Assembly: GCA_964652125.1 (NCBI GenBank)
Contig: CAZZAE010000003.1
Span: 1-51,395 of the forward strand
Direction of reading: 5' to 3'
DNA: 51,395 nt
Origin: an uncultured Candidatus Saccharibacteria bacterium
GTDB lineage: Bacteria; Patescibacteriota; Saccharimonadia; Saccharimonadales; JANWIN01
Below, piece by piece: positions 45,489 through 51,395 of this stretch. The notes under the pieces are model-generated. The model saw only the letters and a program-made list of their open reading frames with translations, was not told where the DNA came from and ran no database searches. The position numbers and the translations under genes were made by a program. The stretch's first letter is position 1. Each line of letters starts with the position of its first letter.

Positions 45489-46253
45489 TTAGCTTAATTT
45501 TTTTAGTTCTTCGTAACGAAGGGCCGGAGCTACAGAATAGGCAGAACCTAAAAAGAACGAGATTAGCGGCCCAAGTATTGGTACGATGCCGGTCAGACTT
45601 AACAAGATTGCAACTCCTAGCACTGAAAAAATTGCTCCTGGATGTCCCTTACTAATCTTGGCACTGTATTCCATGGCACTAAACACAGGTAAATCTTTAT
45701 CGATCATGGCATATGGTGCTAAGAAATAGTGACTAAGCACAAATAAAGCTGCTGCAAGTACTAATGCACCTCCCACAATCATTCCAAAGGCATTTCGCAC
45801 CAGCAAGACAATTATTAACCCAAGCAAAGAAGTGCCGATAATATACATACCAATTACAAGAAATAGCCCAAATAATCGAAGCCAGTACTTTTTACCCAGA
45901 GTCCAAAGGTGTTCAAATGTTGGCGTTCTACCAGTTGAACTTTCCACTTCCAAGCCTGTTAACATTGCTTGAAGAATCAAAGCTGCAACTGTAACTAAAA
46001 CTGTAAGGATTAATCCGAGGCTAACGATACTAACGATTGAATAAGCCGGCATGGTGCCACTGAAGAAATCGGTATGTACCCAGCGATTAGTCGGGGCATT
46101 TGCTTGGTAACGAATAGTTGATACCACGGATCCGATAAAGGGTAAAAATAGAAGCACCGCAAAAGTCTTTATATTACGCATAACAATGTCGTAGCTCTTA
46201 CCAAACAAATCAAATGCGCTGGTTATATGATGATAGCCACGTTTTGCATTCAT
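45489..46253 (-). CDS. hypothetical multi-pass membrane protein
   Basis: Five to six hydrophobic helices. ATG 46253 is preceded by a GGAGA RBS. The longer ORF to 46364 would run into hisS. Confidence 0.6.
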   Translation of the reverse strand: MNAKRGYHHITSAFDLFGKSYDIVMRNIKTFAVLLFLPFIGSVVSTIRYQANAPTNRWVHTDFFSGTMPAYSIVSIVSLGLILTVLVTVAALILQAMLTGLEVESSTGRTPTFEHLWTLGKKYWLRLFGLFLVIGMYIIGTSLLGLIIVLLVRNAFGMIVGGALVLAAALFVLSHYFLAPYAMIDKDLPVFSAMEYSAKISKGHPGAIFSVLGVAILLSLTGIVPILGPLISFFLGSAYSVAPALRYEELKKLS

Positions 46254-46346
46254 AGGATCTCCTAATTTACAGCTTGTATTATCTTGCATTGCCGTTAAAT
46301 ACACAACTTTATTTGTAGACAGTTCGCAAGTATTAACGCTGTTGTT

Positions 46347-46352
46347 TATAAT
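46347..46352 (+). promoter_or_regulatory. -10 box TATAAT 11 nt upstream of hisS ATG 46364
   Basis: TATAAT-gagtgctaaca-ATG. It sits too close to GTG 46355 for that codon to be the start. Confidence 0.35.
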
Positions 46353-46363
46353 GAGTGCTAACA

Positions 46364-47668
46364 ATGTCGCTATCTACCCAACCATATAAAGGCACTAGGG
46401 ATTTCTACCCCGAGGACTATAGGCGACAGCAATGGATGTTTGGTGTGGCTGAAAACGTTCTTGAGCGCTTTGGTTATGAGCGCTATGATGCTCCGCTTTT
46501 AGAATCTTTTGAACTGTATGTCGCGAAAACTGGTGAGGAAATTGTTAATGAACAGACTTACGCGTTCGAAGACCGCGGTGGCCGAAAGGTGACGATTAGA
46601 CCAGAAATGACACCATCAGTCAGTCGTATGGTGGCCGCTAAACGTCAGGAACTCGGCTATCCCCTGCGTTGGTATAGTATTCCCAATCTATGGCGCTATG
46701 AACGACCGCAGCGTGGACGATTACGGGAGCACTGGCAGCTTAATGCGGATTTATTTGGTATCGGAGGCTTAGAAGCCGAGCACGAGATTATTCAAGTTGC
46801 AGATGGCATTATGCAAGCATACGGCGCAAAACGCAGCCAATACGTAATAAAACTTAACAGTCGTAAGCTAGTTGATAGTTTTATGTCTGAGTATTTGGGG
46901 CTTAGTAGTGTCCAGAGTCAAACTATGGCTAAGCTCATTGACCGTATGCACAAAATTCCTCATGCCGAGTTTGCTGCCGCCAGTGAAGCTATTTTAACTC
47001 CAACCCAACGCGAACAAGGCACTGCTGAACAGCTATTAGATGCGTTGTCGGTTAAAGATTTAAATGAGTTGCCAGAAGAAGTTTATAAACATGGCTCTGT
47101 TGGTGAGTTAAAGCAGTTAATAAATATGCTTCACGATAGCGGTATTAAAAATATTGAGTTTGATTTTACTCTCATGCGTGGCTTTGATTATTACACCGAT
47201 ATAGTATTTGAAATATTCGATACTGATCCCGATAATAACCGATCAATGTTTGGGGGCGGTCGCTACGATGGGTTAATTGAATTATTTGGCGTAGAACCGG
47301 TACCTACAATTGGATTTGGTATGGGCGATGTCACATTAGCTAATTTCTTACAATCACATCAACTATTGCCAAAACTCAAGCCTCAAACCGATGCTTATGT
47401 TGTTCTCATTGGTGATGTCTATCAAAGTGCTCAAAAGACAATTGCGGCTCTACGTGAAATGGGGTTAAATCTATCCGTTGATATGAGCGGACGTAAACCA
47501 GCAAATCAAATAAAGAATGCTGTTAAAAAAGGTCTTCATTATGCTATATTTATAGGTGAAAAGGATCTGTCTGACGAACAATTCAACTTAAAGAATTTAG
47601 ACACAGGCACTGAAGAAAAACACGGCCTACAGCGTATTGTCAGCATTATAAAAGATTATCGAAAATGA
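46364..47668 (+). CDS. hisS: histidine--tRNA ligase
   Basis: GTRDFYPED, motif 2 WYSIPNLWRYERPQRGRLREHWQ, and motif 3 GGGRYDGL. The ORF track start is GTG 46355. Confidence 0.94.
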   Translation: MSLSTQPYKGTRDFYPEDYRRQQWMFGVAENVLERFGYERYDAPLLESFELYVAKTGEEIVNEQTYAFEDRGGRKVTIRPEMTPSVSRMVAAKRQELGYPLRWYSIPNLWRYERPQRGRLREHWQLNADLFGIGGLEAEHEIIQVADGIMQAYGAKRSQYVIKLNSRKLVDSFMSEYLGLSSVQSQTMAKLIDRMHKIPHAEFAAASEAILTPTQREQGTAEQLLDALSVKDLNELPEEVYKHGSVGELKQLINMLHDSGIKNIEFDFTLMRGFDYYTDIVFEIFDTDPDNNRSMFGGGRYDGLIELFGVEPVPTIGFGMGDVTLANFLQSHQLLPKLKPQTDAYVVLIGDVYQSAQKTIAALREMGLNLSVDMSGRKPANQIKNAVKKGLHYAIFIGEKDLSDEQFNLKNLDTGTEEKHGLQRIVSIIKDYRK

Positions 47669-48114
47669 CAGCTACAAATCATGTTTTAACCGGGGTTTTA
47701 ATAGTCTCGGTTGTGCACAATCCAGCTTTAGCACTTCTACTAGCGCTGTTGTCTCACTTTGTACTTGATGCTCTACCTCATTACGGCGATCCATTAATGG
47801 GTCTCAGTAGCTTTAAATTCAAGCTAGTTTTAGGGTCAGATGTCTACTTGGCATCAATGATCTTGTTATTGTTGCTGATCCTACATCCAGCTCATATGTG
47901 GCTGCTTATTTTTGGTGGTATTTTGGCGGCTAGTGCTGATCTTATGTGGATACCAGATTTTACAGCTTCCCTAAGAGGTTTGGCAGCCCCAGTTTATGGA
48001 CCAATTCGACGCTTTCATTCCAAAATACAATGGTACCAGCAACCAAATGGTGCCTATATTGAGGCAGTTTGGTTTGTAGCAGTATTTATTCTTGCCTTTG
48101 GCTTCACAATTTAG
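47665..48114 (+). CDS. membrane protein, possibly YdjM/DUF457-like membrane-bound hydrolase
   Basis: Four hydrophobic helices. LLSHFVLDALPHYGD resembles the DUF457 His/Asp motif. ATGA overlap with hisS. Confidence 0.4.
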   Translation: MTATNHVLTGVLIVSVVHNPALALLLALLSHFVLDALPHYGDPLMGLSSFKFKLVLGSDVYLASMILLLLLILHPAHMWLLIFGGILAASADLMWIPDFTASLRGLAAPVYGPIRRFHSKIQWYQQPNGAYIEAVWFVAVFILAFGFTI

Positions 48115-48137
48115 CAGTAGTAAAATATCGCTACATC

Positions 48138-48146
48138 TGTTATAGT
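48138..48146 (+). promoter_or_regulatory. extended -10 (TGtTATAGT) 8 nt upstream of the tig ATG
   Basis: TGTTATAGT-gtgacttc-ATG at 48155. Confidence 0.45.
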
Positions 48147-48154
48147 GTGACTTC

Positions 48155-49438
48155 ATGCGAGTTAAACTGACCACACTTTCAGATAATAAATTCAAACTAT
48201 TAATTACTGCTGACCAAGATTTAATTGACAATACTAAAACCAAAGTACTCAGGCATATGGCAGCTAAACACGTAAAATTGCCCGGATTTAGGGCTGGCAA
48301 AGCACCACTTAATTTAGTCGAGAAACACTCCGATCCAACACAATTACAACAGGAATTTTTAGATGAGGCAGTCAATCGTTTATATGCTCAAGCCATTAAA
48401 GCTGAGAATTTAAGGCCGATAGCCAATCCAAAGGTAAGTCTGAAGAAATTTGTTCCTTTTACCGAATTTGAATTTGAAGCTGAAGTTGAAGCTATAGGAA
48501 ACATTAAACTGGCAAATTATAAGAATATTAAAATGCCACGCACCAAAGTAACTATTGTCGATAAAGACGTAACCGAAGTGTTATCTGGTTTACGCCAACG
48601 TTTAGCTGAGCGGAAAGTCGTCGAACGTCCAGCAAAAAACGGTGACGAAGTAATTATCGACTTTACTGGTAAGGATTCTCAGGGGAAAAGAATTGCAGGC
48701 GCCGATGGCAAGGAACAACCCATTATTATTGGCAGTAATACCTTTATTCCTGGCTTTGAAACCAATCTAATTGGACTAAAAGCCGATCAGGAAAAAACAT
48801 TTAGCCTAACTTTCCCAAAAGACTACACAGTCAATGCTCTGCAATCTAAAAAAGTTAGCTTTAACGTCGTAATTAAGAAAATAAACGAGATAATTGAGCC
48901 CAAATTAGATGATAGTTTTGCTGCTAAGGCCGGTCCATTCAAAACTTTAGCCGAGTTAAAAGCTGACATAAAAAAACAAATCGGCATCGAGCGTCAAGAA
49001 CAAGCAGATAGAGAATATGAAAACCAGTTAGTCTCTAAAATTGCCAAAGCCTCTGAAGTGTCTGTGCCAGGTGTATTAGTAGATGAGCAAGTGGATCGTA
49101 ATGAACAAGCGGAGAGACAAAACTTGGTCTACCGAGGCCAAACGTGGCAAGAACACTTGGAGGATGAGGGTGTAACTGAAGCCCAGCATCGTGAACGTAA
49201 TCGACCGGACGCTGAAGCAAGTGTTAAAGCCGGCCTGGTACTGAGTGAAATTGCTCAACAAGAAGGACTAGTTGTGACACCAGAGGAATTCGAGATACGT
49301 CTCCAAATTCTGAAAGGTCAATATACCGATAAAGCTATGCAAACTGAACTTGATAAACCAGAAAACCGCAGAGATATTGAAAATAGACTTTTAACAGAAA
49401 AGACTTTAGCCAAGCTAGTCCAGTATTCACAAAAGTGA
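48155..49438 (+). CDS. tig: trigger factor
   Basis: Ribosome-binding PGFRAGKAP motif, FKBP-type PPIase region (GDEVIIDFTGK...FIPGFE) and the C-terminal arm domain. Confidence 0.92.
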   Translation: MRVKLTTLSDNKFKLLITADQDLIDNTKTKVLRHMAAKHVKLPGFRAGKAPLNLVEKHSDPTQLQQEFLDEAVNRLYAQAIKAENLRPIANPKVSLKKFVPFTEFEFEAEVEAIGNIKLANYKNIKMPRTKVTIVDKDVTEVLSGLRQRLAERKVVERPAKNGDEVIIDFTGKDSQGKRIAGADGKEQPIIIGSNTFIPGFETNLIGLKADQEKTFSLTFPKDYTVNALQSKKVSFNVVIKKINEIIEPKLDDSFAAKAGPFKTLAELKADIKKQIGIERQEQADREYENQLVSKIAKASEVSVPGVLVDEQVDRNEQAERQNLVYRGQTWQEHLEDEGVTEAQHRERNRPDAEASVKAGLVLSEIAQQEGLVVTPEEFEIRLQILKGQYTDKAMQTELDKPENRRDIENRLLTEKTLAKLVQYSQK

Positions 49439-49458
49439 TTGCAGAATTTTGACATAAG

Positions 49459-49467
49459 TGTTATAAT
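49459..49467 (+). promoter_or_regulatory. extended -10 (TGtTATAAT) 6 nt upstream of ATG 49474
   Basis: TGTTATAAT-acaagt-ATG. Confidence 0.45.
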
Positions 49468-49473
49468 ACAAGT

Positions 49474-49794
49474 ATGAGTGATTTTGAGAAAGATATCAAC
49501 CGGGATAATAATCCAGATTTTAGCCGAGCAACTACATCCCGTCGTAACAGGGCTGCTGGTTTGGTGGTTGGTGAGACTGCAGTTTTAGTTGGTTCTGGTG
49601 AAGCTTTTATTTCTGGGCATGAAATTGTTGCCGGAGTTATCTTTACACTAGGACATTTGGCAACCTACTATCTCGGACGACGTGCTGATCAGCAATTCGA
49701 TGGTGATATCCGTGCAGCTGAAGCAACAGAAGCTGAACGAATTTCACAACTGCGTTCACTTGGCGTTGGCACATCTCAATCTGATAGAGAATAA
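49474..49794 (+). CDS. hypothetical small protein between tig and clpP
   Basis: 106 aa. Polar N-terminus, two Gly/Val-rich hydrophobic segments and a charged tail. Has its own promoter-like element. Confidence 0.5.
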   Translation: MSDFEKDINRDNNPDFSRATTSRRNRAAGLVVGETAVLVGSGEAFISGHEIVAGVIFTLGHLATYYLGRRADQQFDGDIRAAEATEAERISQLRSLGVGTSQSDRE

Positions 49795-49798
49795 GAAA

Positions 49799-49825
49799 TT
49801 AGCACTCTTGACTCGTGAGTGCCAA
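49799..49825 (+). promoter_or_regulatory. CIRCE-like inverted repeat (HrcA operator-type) upstream of clpP
   Basis: TTAGCACTC-N9-GAGTGCCAA (17 of 18 arm positions to consensus). The spacer starts with TTGACT. Confidence 0.72.
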
Positions 49826-49837
49826 TTGATGTATTCT
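49808..49837 (+). promoter_or_regulatory. clpP promoter TTGACT-18-TATTCT, 7 nt upstream of the ATG
   Basis: The -35 lies inside the CIRCE spacer. The -10 is at 49832..49837 and the ATG at 49845. No SD. Confidence 0.45.
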
Positions 49838-49844
49838 GTGTATT

Positions 49845-50462
49845 ATGAAAAACAATCCTAAATCGCAGATACTTATTCCAACAGTTATAGAAAATGAGGG
49901 CCGCATAGAGCGAGCTTATGACATTTATAGCCGCTTATTAAAAGATCGCATTATATTTGTTAGTGATGACGTCAATTCACATACCGCTAATTTAATTGTT
50001 GCCCAGCTTTTATTCCTAGATAACGACAATTCAGATAAAGATATCTATCTGTATATTAATAGCCCTGGTGGTAGTGTTTATGACGCACTGGCTATTTACG
50101 ACACAATGCAATACGTTAAAAGTGATGTCCAGACAGTCGGAATCGGCGTCCAAGCTAGTGCAGCGGCTTTCTTGTTAAGCAGTGGCGCTAAGGGTAAACG
50201 CTTTTTGCTGCCTCATGCTACGGTGATGATTCATCAACCAAGTAGTGGTACACGTGGTAAGGTGACTGATCAAGAAATTGATCTGAAAGAAGCCTTACGG
50301 GTTAAGAAGATGATGGAACAAATTATGGCAAGTAACACTGGACAAAAACTTGATAAAATTCATACAGATATGGAAAGAGATTTCTGGATGACAGCCGAAG
50401 AAGCTAAAAAATACGGTGTCGTAGACGAAGTCATAACATCCCCTCCCAAAGCTAAAAAATAA
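49845..50462 (+). CDS. clpP: ATP-dependent Clp protease proteolytic subunit
   Basis: [21 protein letters not shown], and the catalytic Ser ([11 protein letters not shown]), His (MIHQP) and Asp ([10 protein letters not shown]) contexts. Confidence 0.95.
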   Translation: MKNNPKSQILIPTVIENEGRIERAYDIYSRLLKDRIIFVSDDVNSHTANLIVAQLLFLDNDNSDKDIYLYINSPGGSVYDALAIYDTMQYVKSDVQTVGIGVQASAAAFLLSSGAKGKRFLLPHATVMIHQPSSGTRGKVTDQEIDLKEALRVKKMMEQIMASNTGQKLDKIHTDMERDFWMTAEEAKKYGVVDEVITSPPKAKK

Positions 50463-50493
50463 AGCCCATGGTTAATCGAAACCGTGGCTTTAT
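50463..50493 (+). terminator. possible intrinsic terminator after clpP
   Basis: AGCC(C)ATGG-10 nt loop-CCGTGGCT: an 8-bp stem with one bulge and one G:U pair, followed by TTTAT. The U tract is weak. Confidence 0.35.
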
Positions 50494-50525
50494 AATAGTG
50501 CTATAAAGTTAATAAGGGCACTAAT

Positions 50526-51275
50526 ATGATAAATACTGATTTTAACGTTGACGGTCTGAAGGTTTGGATTGGCAATCCTGAAGCTGTCCATAAAACAGGC
50601 TGGGAGGAGATGCAAGGCATTGCTCATTCGTCCGTAACAGCCGATTTTCCCGATAGGTCCACCGAAGAGATAGATTATCTTCTGCACACAAATAACGTCG
50701 AACGCTTTTCTGCTGGTCGGATCGATCCAGATATCGAAGTCCAAGAAGGTAGAATGCACCGCAATCAAAGTTTTGAGAATATAAAAGTAGTTATAGTTGC
50801 CGAAAGTGCTGGCCCTAAAGCCGTAAAAGCCTACGGGATCATTTCGGATAACACTTCAAATAAGGATAGAGAACCAAAAATAGTCAGAGATATGAAAATG
50901 CGTACACCTCCAGGGTGGTCTGTACCACTTTTTGGCAACAGGAAACATGGGGCAGTTCGTGAAATAATGGTGCCCGAAGAAGAGCGCGAACGCGGTCTCG
51001 GCTGGGTTGTATTATATTTTTTGAGTATTACCAGAAATCCCAAACAGCCAGAGAAAGTTTATGAGTTCAATCCTTCTCTAGAATTAACTGAAGACTACAT
51101 TAATTTAGGTTTATCTAATATAACTTCAGAACGTAGACAAGTCTTCGGACCTGGTTCTGAAGAAGTAAAGCTGGTTGCATTTGGTGCTAAACGAGCGGCT
51201 ACGGTTTCGGACAGAATTATTGCATTGGGTCCAACTGCCAAGAGTGCGATAGACAAAGCCAAGGCCAGCAGATAA
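50526..51275 (+). CDS. hypothetical protein, possible GNAT-type acyltransferase
   Basis: TAAGGG RBS 7 nt upstream. VREIMVPEEERERGLGWVVL resembles GNAT motif A (RxxGxG). Otherwise unrecognised. Confidence 0.5.
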   Translation: MINTDFNVDGLKVWIGNPEAVHKTGWEEMQGIAHSSVTADFPDRSTEEIDYLLHTNNVERFSAGRIDPDIEVQEGRMHRNQSFENIKVVIVAESAGPKAVKAYGIISDNTSNKDREPKIVRDMKMRTPPGWSVPLFGNRKHGAVREIMVPEEERERGLGWVVLYFLSITRNPKQPEKVYEFNPSLELTEDYINLGLSNITSERRQVFGPGSEEVKLVAFGAKRAATVSDRIIALGPTAKSAIDKAKASR

Positions 51276-51287
51276 GCAATTAACGTC

Positions 51288-51316
51288 TTGACGTCATAAT
51301 CTAAATCCTGTAAACT
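51288..51316 (+). promoter_or_regulatory. promoter-like TTGACG-17-TAAACT near the window end
   Basis: -35 at 51288..51293 and -10 at 51311..51316. No start codon or ORF in the remaining ~80 nt. Confidence 0.35.
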
Positions 51317-51395
51317 AGTATTTGAAGTAGTATAAGGGCAGTGCTTTTATTTATCAAAAATCTAACTGCTTTCACCCCTTAGTGATCTTCGCGCG

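Noticed and set aside
46353-46361. A perfect CIRCE right half-site, GAGTGCTAA, just upstream of the hisS start
   Set aside because: The position 9 nt upstream that should hold TTAGCACTC reads aacgctgtt (3/9 matches). This is an isolated half-site and is most likely chance.
46254-46364. Extension of the membrane-protein ORF to 46364, overlapping hisS
   Set aside because: The internal ATG 46253 has a GGAGA RBS. The extension is Asn/Cys/Thr-rich and would occupy the divergent promoter region.
1-51395. Search for CRISPR arrays, IS elements, integrases, toxin-antitoxin pairs, restriction-modification or other known defence modules
   Set aside because: None is recognisable. The only methyltransferases look like RNA or small-molecule housekeeping types, and no long direct or inverted repeats were spotted by eye. 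A computational repeat search would be needed to be definitive.

Overview
This is a gene-dense window of about 50 CDS and one tRNA-Leu(UAG). It has no rRNA, CRISPR array, transposase, integrase or recognisable defence genes. The standard genetic code applies, because TGA terminates conserved genes such as gatA, hisS and tig at their normal lengths. The content looks like a reduced-genome Patescibacteria/CPR bacterium, possibly Saccharibacteria-like; this rests on gene content only and cannot be verified here. Recognisable content:
- a redox trio (glutaredoxin-like protein, trxB, FNR-like protein) and ppa
- a compact sugar-phosphate operon (gap, rpiB, rpe-like, split transketolase, class II fba, PfkB kinase)
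- uvrB, and a gatC-gatA-[membrane ORF]-gatB-DUF948-YtxH operon
- dnaE, two anchored surface proteins (CAP and LysM-like), a SpoU methylase, an orphan pilB/gspE ATPase and a malic enzyme
- rplS, rnhB, an M1 aminopeptidase, nusA, clpC, radA, PBP1A, tyrS, recG, rsmD, hisS, tig and clpP.

I do not see a convincing new multi-gene defence or mobile system. The signals most worth follow-up are:
1. Two near-identical CIRCE (HrcA-operator-like) inverted repeats sit on the promoters of clpC and clpP.
2. About 17 genes have a -10 or extended -10 box 6-10 nt upstream of the start codon and no Shine-Dalgarno, which suggests leaderless mRNAs.
3. Convergent gene pairs abut or overlap, leaving no room for terminators.
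4. Catalytic-motif drift occurs in TyrRS (HIGH replaced by TVGN) and RsmD (DPPY replaced by APPY).
5. Several uncharacterised proteins sit in conserved contexts: an ORF inside gatCAB, an unknown 417-aa protein paired with a LOG/SLOG protein, a membrane-anchored HExxH protein, a zinc-PLC-like protein, and an ORF between tig and clpP.

All functional calls come from motif recognition by eye. No database search was run.
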